Assembly (NCBI GenBank): GCA_046597055.1
Contig: JBKJLC010000020.1
Span: 1 to 39,940, forward strand
Direction of reading: 5' to 3'
Source: Kofleriaceae bacterium
Lineage (GTDB): Bacteria > Myxococcota_A > Polyangia > Haliangiales > Haliangiaceae
DNA: 39,940 nt
The notes under the pieces: model-generated
What the model saw: the letters and a program-made list of their open reading frames with translations, nothing else
Database searches by the model: none
Told to the model about the DNA's origin: nothing
Position numbers and translations under genes: made by a program
Part shown: piece by piece, positions 9,288 to 21,907 of the stretch
Position numbering within the stretch: the first letter of the stretch is position 1
Layout of the letters: each line of letters starts with the position of its first letter

Positions 9288-10003
9288 GGGGTCGCCGGCG
9301 GGGTCGCCGGGGCAGTCGGGGCCGGGGCAGCCGGCGCGGGGGTCACGGCCGGGGCCGGCGTGGTCGCAGCCGGCGGCGTCACCGGCTTGACCGCGGGCGG
9401 CTTCACCGGCCTGGGCGCGGCCGGAGCGGGCGTCGCCGGCTTGGTCGTCGCCGGGGCCGGCGTGGTCGGGGCCGACGGCAGGGTCGGGGCGGTATCGGTG
9501 GCCTCGGCCGGCACCTCGGCGCCGCCAGCACCCGACGGGGTCGGGGGCTCGCCCACGCCGTCGTGGCCGACGTCGTTGTCGTTCAACATCTTGTCGATTG
9601 CCGCCGGGTCGAGCTGCGACGGATCGATCACCACCGGAGCCACGCCACCGTCGGACGGTGCGCCGGGCGCGCCGCCATCGCCGCTCACCTCGAGCGCCTT
9701 GCGCTCGGCGTCGCGCTCGCGCTTCTTCTTCGCGACCTCGCTGTTCGAGATCTTCTCGAGCGAGTCGCCGGCGTCGCGGCTGGCGAGGAACGCCAGCGTG
9801 ATCGAGGTGAGCATGAAGACCGAGGCGGCGATCGCGGTGAGCCGGCGCAGGAACGGCGAGGCACCGCCGCCACCGAACACCGAGCCGCCGCCGCCACCGC
9901 CGAAGGCGCCGCCCATGCCGCCACCCTTGCCCTGCTGCAGGAGCACCGTGAGCATGAGGAACAGGCACACGATGACGTGCAGGATCGTGACCAGCGTGGA
10001 CAT
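9284..10003 (-). CDS. secG: Preprotein translocase subunit SecG with long acidic then Pro/Ala/Thr-rich C-terminal tail
   Basis: Two TM helices linked by VLLQQGKGGGMGGAFGGG..SVFG..G..FLRRLT; close to tpiA. Confidence 0.92.
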   Translation of the reverse strand: MSTLVTILHVIVCLFLMLTVLLQQGKGGGMGGAFGGGGGGSVFGGGGASPFLRRLTAIAASVFMLTSITLAFLASRDAGDSLEKISNSEVAKKKRERDAERKALEVSGDGGAPGAPSDGGVAPVVIDPSQLDPAAIDKMLNDNDVGHDGVGEPPTPSGAGGAEVPAEATDTAPTLPSAPTTPAPATTKPATPAPAAPRPVKPPAVKPVTPPAATTPAPAVTPAPAAPAPTAPATPPATP

Positions 10004-10092
10004 AGGGGCTGCGTTCTAGCCCAGGCGGGCGGGCGTTGCAAGCCGGTCGGTTAGGCAGGTAACCGACCGCCGCCGCAGGGGAATCCGGGCGG

Positions 10093-11400
10093 TCACCAGC
10101 CGGCGAGCGACAGCGCGGCCGCGACGACCGCGCCGCCGATGGCCACGCCGACCAGAAAGGCGATGCCGCGCCGGAAGCGCGGGGCGATCGCCGGAGCGCC
10201 CGGCGCGCCGTTCGCGGCGGTCGCGGCCGCGGGAATCGTCGCCGCCACCGCCGGCTTCGGCATGGCCTCGGCCACCACCGCCACGCTTCGCAGGTCGTCC
10301 GGCCGCGGGGTTCCCCGCGATTCGCCCAGCCAGGGCGGCTCGGTCGCGGCCGGCCAGCGCCCGGGAGCGCGGGCATCGAACGCCGGCGGCGTCGGCTCCA
10401 TCGACGCCGCTGGCGAGACCCGCGGGCTGCCGATCGCGCTGGCTCGCTCGGTGCCCACGCGCCACGGCTCCGGGCAGTCGCCGAACAGCGTCCGCATCGC
10501 CGGCGCCAGCGCGCCGTCGGTGCGGAGGTCGAGCTCGGTGGCGAGCGCGATCAGCGCGTCGCGCACGTCACCGGCGGTCGCGAACCGGTCGTCGGGATCC
10601 TTGGCCAGCATCCGCGCGAGGATCGCGTCGAGGCCGGCCGGCAGGCTGCGCCGGATCGCCGACGGCGACGGCGCCGGGTCGTCGAGGATGGCGCGCATCG
10701 TCGCGTAGCTGCTGTCGCGCCGGAACAGCCGGCGTCGCGTCACCAGCTCGTAGCCGACGATGCCGAGCGCGAAGATGTCGCTGCGGCGATCGAGCGTGCG
10801 GCGCGCGCACTGCTCGGGCGACAGGTACGCGCTCTTGCCCTTCACCACGCTCGCGTCGATCTCGGTGATGTGGTCGGCGGCGGTCGCGACGCCGAAGTCG
10901 ACGATCTTCACCGCGCCGTCGAAGCCGATCATCACGTTCGACGGCGTCACGTCGCGATGCACGATGCCGAGCGGCTGCCCGAGGTGATCGCGCTGCTCGT
11001 GGGCGGCGTGCAGGCCGGCGGCGGCGCCGATCAGCACGGCGAGCGCGGCCTCGATCGGCAGCTGGCGCTCGACCGCGACCAGGCGCTGGAGCACCTCGCG
11101 CAGGTTGCGGCCGTGCACGTACTCCATCGTGTAGAAGTAGCCGTGCCGGGCGCGTCCGACCTCGAGGACCTGGGCGATGTTGGGGTGGCGCAGTCGCGAC
11201 GACAGCCGGGCCTCGTCGAGGAACAGCGAGATCAGCTGGTCCTGACCGGCGTGCTCACCACGGATCTGCTTGAGCACCACGTGGCGCCCGCCGGTGCGCG
11301 CGCGCGCGATGAACAGCTCCGCCATCCCGCCGGTTGCCAGGTGCGTGACGATCTCGTAGCTCCCGCTGTCGGCCAGCGCGGGTGGAACGAGCTCGGTCAC
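10093..11400 (-). CDS. Hanks-type Ser/Thr protein kinase with C-terminal transmembrane helix
   Basis: GGMAE, VVLK, HRDVTPSN, DFG, KGKSAYLSPEQ, SDIFALG; hydrophobic C-terminus; GTG start chosen from upstream -10-like box. Confidence 0.92.
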   Translation of the reverse strand: MTELVPPALADSGSYEIVTHLATGGMAELFIARARTGGRHVVLKQIRGEHAGQDQLISLFLDEARLSSRLRHPNIAQVLEVGRARHGYFYTMEYVHGRNLREVLQRLVAVERQLPIEAALAVLIGAAAGLHAAHEQRDHLGQPLGIVHRDVTPSNVMIGFDGAVKIVDFGVATAADHITEIDASVVKGKSAYLSPEQCARRTLDRRSDIFALGIVGYELVTRRRLFRRDSSYATMRAILDDPAPSPSAIRRSLPAGLDAILARMLAKDPDDRFATAGDVRDALIALATELDLRTDGALAPAMRTLFGDCPEPWRVGTERASAIGSPRVSPAASMEPTPPAFDARAPGRWPAATEPPWLGESRGTPRPDDLRSVAVVAEAMPKPAVAATIPAAATAANGAPGAPAIAPRFRRGIAFLVGVAIGGAVVAAALSLAGW

Positions 11401-11518
11401 CGCTCGATAGTACGTGGTCGGAATGCCCCGTCTCCATCCAGACATCACAATGTGCACGGCAGGTGCCTGAGCACTCAGATGGCGAGCGATGGTTCACCGC
11501 CTGCGACGAGGCTTACGA

Positions 11519-12283
11519 TCAGCCGCGGGCGGCCTTGCAGATCGCGACGAAGTCAGCGGCCACCAGCGAGGCGCCGCCGACCAGCGCGCCATCGATGTCG
11601 GGCTCGCGCATGAGCTGCTGGGCATTGTCGGGCTTGACCGAGCCACCGTACTGCAAGCGCAGCCCGCCGGCGGCCGCGGCGCCGAGCTCGCGCGCGAGCC
11701 AGGCCCGGATGTGCGCGTGGACCTCCTGGGCCTGGGCCGGGGTCGCGGTGCGGCCGGTCCCGATCGCCCACACCGGCTCGTAGGCGACGACCAGGCGATC
11801 GAGCATGCCGCCGTCGGTCGACAGCCCGCGCAGCGCGCCGGCGAGCTGGGCCTCGACCACCTCGAAGGTGGCGCCGCCATCGCGCTGGGCCAGCGTCTCG
11901 CCAACGCACGCGATCACGCCGAGCCCACCGGCGAGCGCGGCGCGGAGCTTCTTGCCCACGACCTCGTCGGTGTCGCCGAAGAGCTGGCGGCGCTCGCTGT
12001 GGCCGACCAGGGTCCAGGTCGCGCCAACGTCCTTGATCATGCCCGGCGAGACCTCGCCGGTGAACGCGCCCTTCTCCTCCCAGAAGCAGTCCTGCGCTGC
12101 GACCGCCAGGTTCGAGCCCTCGAGCCGCTTGGCGACCGCGTGCAGCGCGGTGAACGGCGGCGCGATCCCGATGTCGACGTCGCGCAGCGCGCCGAGCTGG
12201 TTCTTGAGCTCGGTCGCCAGCGCCAGCGCGTCGCCGACCTGCTTGTGCAGCTTCCAGTTGCCGACCACGAACGGGGTGCGCAT
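11519..12283 (-). CDS. tpiA: Triosephosphate isomerase
   Basis: GNWK, GAFTGE, GHSERR, AYEPVWAIGTG, YGGSV, GALVGGASL. Confidence 0.98.
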   Translation of the reverse strand: MRTPFVVGNWKLHKQVGDALALATELKNQLGALRDVDIGIAPPFTALHAVAKRLEGSNLAVAAQDCFWEEKGAFTGEVSPGMIKDVGATWTLVGHSERRQLFGDTDEVVGKKLRAALAGGLGVIACVGETLAQRDGGATFEVVEAQLAGALRGLSTDGGMLDRLVVAYEPVWAIGTGRTATPAQAQEVHAHIRAWLARELGAAAAGGLRLQYGGSVKPDNAQQLMREPDIDGALVGGASLVAADFVAICKAARG

Positions 12284-12333
12284 GCGGCGGACTCTACCTC
12301 AAGGCCCCGGCCGGTTCAGGGCCTGGGATTCTT

Positions 12334-15204
<2,871 letters not shown>

Positions 15205-15272
15205 AGAACCGGAGCATACCCTGCCCGGCGCCCGCCCGGCGCGGGAGGGGCTGGTGTTACGATGGGACGGTC

Positions 15273-18200
15273 ATGCGCAGCTCTTTCGAGCCGGCGGACA
15301 GCGGGGCGGTGGTCGAGTTCTGGGAGTTCTTCGAGCCGCGCAGCTCGGGGATCGCCGAGGACGTCCGCCGCGCGATGGCTCGCTTGCCGGCGTGGCAGCC
15401 CGTGCTCGACGCGATCACCGCCGACCAGGTCGCCGCCGAGGAGCGCCGCCACCGGGCGCTGCAGCGGGCCGCGATCGTCGACGGCCAGTGGGCGCCCTAC
15501 CTCGCCACCTTGCACGAGCTCGGCCAGCGCTGCGCCCACGCCGGCATCGGCTTCCCGGCCTGGCTGCAGCTGATCGCCGCCTTTCGCGATGCGATCCAGC
15601 TGCGGCTGGCGGCCGACGGTCACGCGGTCGCCGGCGCGGCCCGCGGCCTGACCCAGCTGCTCGACCTCGTGACCGAGCACGTCGGCGTCGGCTACCTGGG
15701 CGTCATCGAGCAGGTCATCGATGGGAGCGAGGAACGCTACCGGTCGATGTTCGAGCACAGCCCGCTGCCGATGTGGATGTTCGACCGCGAGACGCTCGCG
15801 TTCGTCGAGGTCAACGACGCCGCGGTCCGTCACTACGGCTACAGCCGCGCCGAGCTGTTGACGATGACCCTGGCCGACATCCGTCCGCCCGAGGACGTCG
15901 CGGCCCTGCGCGACGACGTGCGCCACGCGGTCGGTGCGGTCCCGGCCAAGGTCTGGCGCCACCGCAAGAAGGACGGCTCGATCATCATGGTCGAGATCCG
16001 CGCGAACGACTTCCGGCTGGCCGGCCGACCGGTCCGCCTGGTGCTGGTCAACGACATCACCGAGCAGGAGCGCGGCCGCGAGGCGCTGGCGCGCAGCCAG
16101 GACCAGCTGCGCCAGGCCCAGAAGATGGACGCGATCGGCCGGCTCGCCGGCGGGGTCGCCCACGACTTCAACAACCTGCTCACGATCGTCGGCAGCTACG
16201 CGGCGCTGCTCGAGGAGAGCCTGCCGGCCGACGACACCCGGCGCGAGGACGCGATCGAGATCGGGCGCGCCGCGACCCGCGCCACCGAGATCACGCGGCA
16301 GCTGCTGACCCTCAGTCGCCACGGCATCGCCACCCCGCGCTCGGTGCAGCTCGACCAGGTCGTCGTCGGGTTCGTGCCGATGCTGCGGCGGGCGCTCGGC
16401 AGCCAGATCGCGCTGGTGGTCCACCGGGCCGACGCGCCCCCGGTCCTGGCTGATCCCGGTCAGCTCGAGCAGATCCTGATGAACCTGGCGGTGAACGCCC
16501 GCGACGCCATGCCCGACGGCGGCCGGCTGACCATCGAGACCAGAACGACCGACCTGGCCGACGCAGCGGTCGGCACCCTGCCGGCCGGCACGTACGTGGT
16601 CCTCGCGGTCACTGACACCGGTTGCGGCATGGATGCCGACACCCAGCGCCGGCTGTTCGAGCCATTCTTCACGACCAAGGAGGTCGGCAAGGGCACCGGC
16701 CTCGGCCTCTCGATCGTCCACGGGATCGTCGCGCAGGCCGGTGGCGCCATCTCGGTCTACAGCGAGCCGGATCACGGCACCGCGTTCCGGATCCATCTCC
16801 CGGTCGCGACCCGGACCGTGCTGGCGCCGGTGGCCGAGGTGTTCGCGCTGCCGCGCCCGCTGCCACCGATGACGGTGCTGGTGGTCGACGACGACCTGGC
16901 GGTGCGCGGGGTCGCCGCCCGCATCCTGCAGGACGCCGGCGCCCGCGTGCTCGAGGCGGCCAGCGCCGACGAGTGCCGGCGCGTGGTGGTGAGCCACGAG
17001 GGCGTCATCGATCTGGTGCTGCTCGACGTGATCCTGCCCGACGGCCGCGGGGATCGGCTGGCCGACCAGCTGCGCGAGCTGCGGCCGGCGATGCGGGTGG
17101 TGCTGGCGTCGGGCTATCCGGCCGGGGCGCTGAGCCCGAGCGGCGCGGCGCCCCCCGAGCTGCTGACGAAGCCGTACACCCCGACCGACCTGCGCGCCGC
17201 GGTCGCGCGCGCGATCGAGGGTGCGCCGGGGCAGGAGCCGACCGGCGGCGCGGTCCCGGTTCCGGCCGCGCGGGTCGGCCCCCGCGTCCTCCTCGCCGAG
17301 GACGACCCGATCCTGCGCGGCGTGGTCGCCCGGGTGCTGCGCAGGGCCGACTGCGAAGTGGTCGAGACCGACGGCGGGGTCGGCGCCATCGAGCAACTGG
17401 ATTCGGCGCGCTTCGACGTGGTGCTGAGCGACGTCCACATGCCGGGCGGCGGCGGGATGGAGGTCCTGCGCGGCGTGCGCCGCATCGACCTCGACGTGCC
17501 GGTGATCTTGATGAGCGGCATGCCCAGCGTGGGGATCGCCAGCCAGGCGCTCGAGTACGGCGCGTTCCGCTACCTGACGAAGCCGCTCGACTTCGATGGT
17601 CTCGGCAAGCTGGTCCATCATGCCGCCCGCACCCACGCCATGGCGCGGCTCCGGCGCGAGGCGTACGCGATGCGTGGGGGCCACGCCGGGGCGGTCGATC
17701 GCGCCGGGCTCGAGGTCCGGTTCACCCAGGCCATGGGCGACATGTGGATGGACTTCCAGCCGATCGTCGAGGCCGCCACCGGTCGCCTGTACGGGGTCGA
17801 GGCGCTGCTGCGCTCGAACGAGCCGTCGCTGCCGGGGCCGCAGCAGGTGCTCGACGCGGCGGCCGAGCTCGGCACGCTCGCGCTGCTCGGCCGGCGGGTG
17901 CGAACCCTGGCGGCGGCCGCGTTCGGCCCGCGGCTCGACGGGCTCCAGCTGTTCGTCAACCTGCACCCTGACGACCTGCTCGACATCGATCTGGTCGACC
18001 TGGGGGCCCCGCTGACCCCGATGGCGGCGCGGGTGATTCTCGAGGTCACCGAGCGCGCCTCGCTGGCCAGCTCGACCGAGCTGACCCGCCGGGTCGAGCG
18101 CCTGCGCGAGCTCGGCTTCCGCATCGCGATCGACGACATCGGCGCCGGCTACTCGGGCCTGACCAGCTTCGCCGAGCTGGTCCCCGAGGTCGTGAAGATC

Positions 18201-18413
18201 GACATGACGCTCGTGCGCGGCGTCCACCTGAGCGCGCTCAAGCAGCGCACCATCGCCGCGCTGTGCAAGCTCTGCCACGAGGGCAACTGCCTGGTGGTCG
18301 GCGAGGGCGTCGAGACCCTCGAGGAGCGCGACTGCCTCATCGCCCTCGGCTGCGACCTGCTGCAGGGCTACCTGATCGCCCGCCCGTCCCGGGCCCTGCC
18401 GCCGGAGGGCTGA
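15273..18413 (+). CDS. Hybrid sensor: globin-like N-domain, PAS, histidine kinase, two REC domains, EAL phosphodiesterase
   Basis: PAS (EVNDAA..YGYS); H-box [40 protein letters not shown]; two REC (LVVDDD..LLDV; LAEDD..LSDV); EAL motifs [33 protein letters not shown]. Confidence 0.9.
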   Translation: MRSSFEPADSGAVVEFWEFFEPRSSGIAEDVRRAMARLPAWQPVLDAITADQVAAEERRHRALQRAAIVDGQWAPYLATLHELGQRCAHAGIGFPAWLQLIAAFRDAIQLRLAADGHAVAGAARGLTQLLDLVTEHVGVGYLGVIEQVIDGSEERYRSMFEHSPLPMWMFDRETLAFVEVNDAAVRHYGYSRAELLTMTLADIRPPEDVAALRDDVRHAVGAVPAKVWRHRKKDGSIIMVEIRANDFRLAGRPVRLVLVNDITEQERGREALARSQDQLRQAQKMDAIGRLAGGVAHDFNNLLTIVGSYAALLEESLPADDTRREDAIEIGRAATRATEITRQLLTLSRHGIATPRSVQLDQVVVGFVPMLRRALGSQIALVVHRADAPPVLADPGQLEQILMNLAVNARDAMPDGGRLTIETRTTDLADAAVGTLPAGTYVVLAVTDTGCGMDADTQRRLFEPFFTTKEVGKGTGLGLSIVHGIVAQAGGAISVYSEPDHGTAFRIHLPVATRTVLAPVAEVFALPRPLPPMTVLVVDDDLAVRGVAARILQDAGARVLEAASADECRRVVVSHEGVIDLVLLDVILPDGRGDRLADQLRELRPAMRVVLASGYPAGALSPSGAAPPELLTKPYTPTDLRAAVARAIEGAPGQEPTGGAVPVPAARVGPRVLLAEDDPILRGVVARVLRRADCEVVETDGGVGAIEQLDSARFDVVLSDVHMPGGGGMEVLRGVRRIDLDVPVILMSGMPSVGIASQALEYGAFRYLTKPLDFDGLGKLVHHAARTHAMARLRREAYAMRGGHAGAVDRAGLEVRFTQAMGDMWMDFQPIVEAATGRLYGVEALLRSNEPSLPGPQQVLDAAAELGTLALLGRRVRTLAAAAFGPRLDGLQLFVNLHPDDLLDIDLVDLGAPLTPMAARVILEVTERASLASSTELTRRVERLRELGFRIAIDDIGAGYSGLTSFAELVPEVVKIDMTLVRGVHLSALKQRTIAALCKLCHEGNCLVVGEGVETLEERDCLIALGCDLLQGYLIARPSRALPPEG

Positions 18414-18445
18414 AACACCCCGCCCGCAGCCGCTGCGAGCCGCGG

Positions 18446-19645
18446 CTACCCCTTGGCGAGGGCGGCGATGCCCGGCAGCTCGAGCCCCTGGATGAACTCC
18501 AGGGAGGCACCGCCGCCGGTCGACACGTGGGTGACCCGGTCGGCGACGCCGGTCTGGACCACCGCGGCAGCGCTGTCGCCCCCACCGACGACCGAGAGCG
18601 CCAGCCGGTTGTCTGCCAGCGCCTTGGCGACCGCGACCGTGCCGGCCGCGAAACGCGGCTTCTCGAACACGCCCATCGGCCCGTTCCAGAAGATCGTGCG
18701 GGCCTTCCCGATCGCGCCCCGGTAGGTCTCGATCGTGCCGGCGCCGATGTCGAGCGCCATCATGTTCTCGGGCACCGAGTCGACCGCGACCATGCGGGTC
18801 TCGTCGGCGTCGAGCCCGGCGGCGATCACGACGTCGGTCGGCAGATGGACGGTGACGCCCTTCTCGCCCGCCTTGCGCAGAAAGTTGCGGGCGATCGCCA
18901 GCTTGTCGGCCTCGACCTTGCTCTTGCCGAGGTTGCGGCCCTGGGCCGTCATGAAGGTGTTGGCCATCGCGCCGCCGATCGCGATCGCGTTGACCCGCTC
19001 GAGCAGCGCCTCGAGGACCTCGATCTTGTCGGACACCTTGGCGCCGCCGACCACCGCGAGGTACGGCCGGTCGACGTCGCCGAGCAGGCGGCTCAGCACG
19101 TCGATCTCCTTCGCCATCACGAAGCCGGCGCCCTTCTCGGCGACGTGCTTCACCATGCCTGCGGTCGACGCGTGCGCGCGGTGCGCGGTGCCGAACGCGT
19201 CGTTGACGTAGATGTCGCAGTAGCCGGCCAGCTGGCGCGCGAACGCGTCGTCGTTGGCCTCCTCGCCCGGGTGATAGCGAAGGTTCTCGAGCATGGCGAT
19301 CTGGCCCTCGCGCAGGTCGCCGACCACCTTGCGCGCGCCGTCGCCGGCCGGCTCGTCGGCCAAGATCACGTCGGCGCCGAGCAGCTCGGCCAGCCGGGCC
19401 GCGACCGGCTCGAGCGACAGCTCGGGCTTGACCTGACCGTCGGGTCGGCCGAGGTGCGAGCCGAGGATGATCCGCGCCTCGCGCTCGACCAGGTGCTGGA
19501 TCGTCGGCAGGACCGCGCGGATGCGCGAGTCGTCGCTGACCTTGCGGTCCTTGGTCAGCGGCACGTTGAGGTCGACGCGGACGAACACCCGCTTGCCCTC
19601 GACCGCGAGGTCCTTGACGTGGGCGATGCCCTTGGGGAGCGCCAT
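18446..19645 (-). CDS. pgk: Phosphoglycerate kinase
   Basis: RVDLNVP, SHLGRP, LENLRY, NDAFGTAHRAHAS, GGAKVSDKI, WNGPMGVFE, STGGGASLE. Confidence 0.98.
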   Translation of the reverse strand: MALPKGIAHVKDLAVEGKRVFVRVDLNVPLTKDRKVSDDSRIRAVLPTIQHLVEREARIILGSHLGRPDGQVKPELSLEPVAARLAELLGADVILADEPAGDGARKVVGDLREGQIAMLENLRYHPGEEANDDAFARQLAGYCDIYVNDAFGTAHRAHASTAGMVKHVAEKGAGFVMAKEIDVLSRLLGDVDRPYLAVVGGAKVSDKIEVLEALLERVNAIAIGGAMANTFMTAQGRNLGKSKVEADKLAIARNFLRKAGEKGVTVHLPTDVVIAAGLDADETRMVAVDSVPENMMALDIGAGTIETYRGAIGKARTIFWNGPMGVFEKPRFAAGTVAVAKALADNRLALSVVGGGDSAAAVVQTGVADRVTHVSTGGGASLEFIQGLELPGIAALAKG

Positions 19646-19654
19646 GACGATCTC

Positions 19655-20659
<1,005 letters not shown>

Positions 20660-20730
20660 TGCTGATGCTCCGTGGAGAGGGTGCCGTCGGACCCTAGTGC
20701 ATCCCGGCGCGCCTGGCTACTCGTGCGCCG

Positions 20731-20763
20731 AAAACGAAAGACGGCCCGATGCACGGGCCGTCT
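20731..20763 (-). terminator. Intrinsic terminator of the 20794-21024 gene
   Basis: 10-bp stem AGACGGCCCG/CGGGCCGTCT, 5-nt loop, followed on the minus strand by TTCGTTTT. Confidence 0.75.
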
Positions 20764-20793
20764 GGCGGGTCTGGTGAACGACGCGCGGGAGCG

Positions 20794-21024
20794 TCAGCGC
20801 GAGACCGGCGGCGCCGACTCGGCGCGCGCCGCAACCGCGGTCGCGATCTGCTGCTCGCTCGAGATCCGCTCGGTGACCTCGCTGATCAGCTCGGTGGCCA
20901 GCGCGACGATCTGCTTCTCGTCGTAGCCCTGCTGGAGCAGATCGCGAAAGAGCGACTTGGCGAGGATGCGGACGGCCTTCTGACGCTCGCCCTGGGTTCC
21001 CTGACTCGGTGCCGTTGCGCGCAT
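20794..21024 (-). CDS. Small helical hypothetical protein of a myxobacterial type
   Basis: 76 aa; KAVRILAKSLFRDLLQQGYDEKQIVALATELISEVT; bracketed by a sigma54 motif and a terminator. Confidence 0.75.
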   Translation of the reverse strand: MRATAPSQGTQGERQKAVRILAKSLFRDLLQQGYDEKQIVALATELISEVTERISSEQQIATAVAARAESAPPVSR

Positions 21025-21041
21025 TGTTGAAGGATCGAGTG

Positions 21042-21057
21042 AGCACTGACCGTGCCA
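21042..21057 (-). promoter_or_regulatory. Sigma54 (-24/-12) promoter
   Basis: Minus strand TGGCACGGTCAGTGCT fits TGGCACG-N4-TTGCW with one mismatch, 17 nt upstream of ATG 21024. Confidence 0.72.
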
Positions 21058-21217
21058 CACTGTAAACACCTGTAAACGCGCGCTAGCGCGGCTGCGAAGG
21101 GGCCGGAAGTGCCCCAAAGCATGCGTAACAGTCAGCCCGGTGCGTACATGATTACGCGCTCTTAGCGGGAGATGGCTCGACCAATCGGGTCCCAGGGTGG
21201 CACCCGGCGCATCTCTC

Positions 21218-21598
21218 CTACAGCGGCTGGGTCTGCACGACACACGCGCCGGCCTCACAGCGGGCGGTGGTCGACTCCTTGGGCGGCATGCAGCGTGCGA
21301 CCGGACACGTGTCCGCCGAGCAGCTCTGCGACCGCCACGTCTCGTGCGCAGCCAGATCATTCTTGTGCATGACCTGCCGGCACGGCTCGCACAGCTGGTC
21401 GCAGCACTCGCTGGGGCGGGCGCAGGTGATCACGCAGTCGGCGTCGCTCGCGCAAGTGGCGCCGGTGCCCGCGGTGGGCTCGCCGGTGGCGGGCTCGCCG
21501 GTGGTGGGCTGAGCCACGGGATCGCCGGTCGGTGTGCTGGTCGCCGGCTTCATACAGCCGGTCAGCGCGAGGGCCACGAGAAGAAGGAGGGTCTTCAT
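21218..21598 (-). CDS. Small Cys-rich lipoprotein
   Basis: MKTLLLLVALALTGC lipobox; short TGEP repeats; many Cys (CASDADC, ECCDQLCEPC, ARCEAGAC). Confidence 0.8.
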   Translation of the reverse strand: MKTLLLLVALALTGCMKPATSTPTGDPVAQPTTGEPATGEPTAGTGATCASDADCVITCARPSECCDQLCEPCRQVMHKNDLAAHETWRSQSCSADTCPVARCMPPKESTTARCEAGACVVQTQPL

Positions 21599-21808
21599 GC
21601 CGCGGAGCCTGCCACGGGCTGCCGCCGACCGCGAGTGGGCGCCAGCGCTCGGTTCACGGTCCGTCACGCCTGTCCTCGCGGGCCGGCGTCCGCCGCCCGG
21701 CCACGGCGCTCCGCACGCCGAGGTATCCGAGGACGAGGCGTTCACCCGCGTTGGCGTCACGACCCGGGTGAGCGACACGCAGCAACGCAAGTGCCGGGCC
21801 CAAACCGC

Positions 21809-21869
21809 CCCTAACCCCAGTCGGGTTGCCCCGGGCAGCGCCCGGGGCAACCCGACTGGCCCTAACCCC
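21809..21869. repeat. Perfect 20-bp inverted repeat flanked by CCCTAACCCC direct repeats (REP/MITE-like)
   Basis: CCAGTCGGGTTGCCCCGGGC (21817-21836), loop AGC, exact complement 21840-21859; CCCTAACCCC at 21809-21818 and 21860-21869. Confidence 0.85.
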
Positions 21870-21907
21870 GGCGTGTCGCGGTCGATCGCCGGTTCCGCTC
21901 GCGAGCG

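Noticed and set aside
9200..9290. tRNA-Leu often found downstream of secG
   Set aside because: secG overlaps dapF directly; no cloverleaf or T-loop motif seen
8370..10376. 668-aa ORF implying an N-terminally extended DapF
   Set aside because: The extension is an alternative frame over secG; the real start is the GTG at 9287
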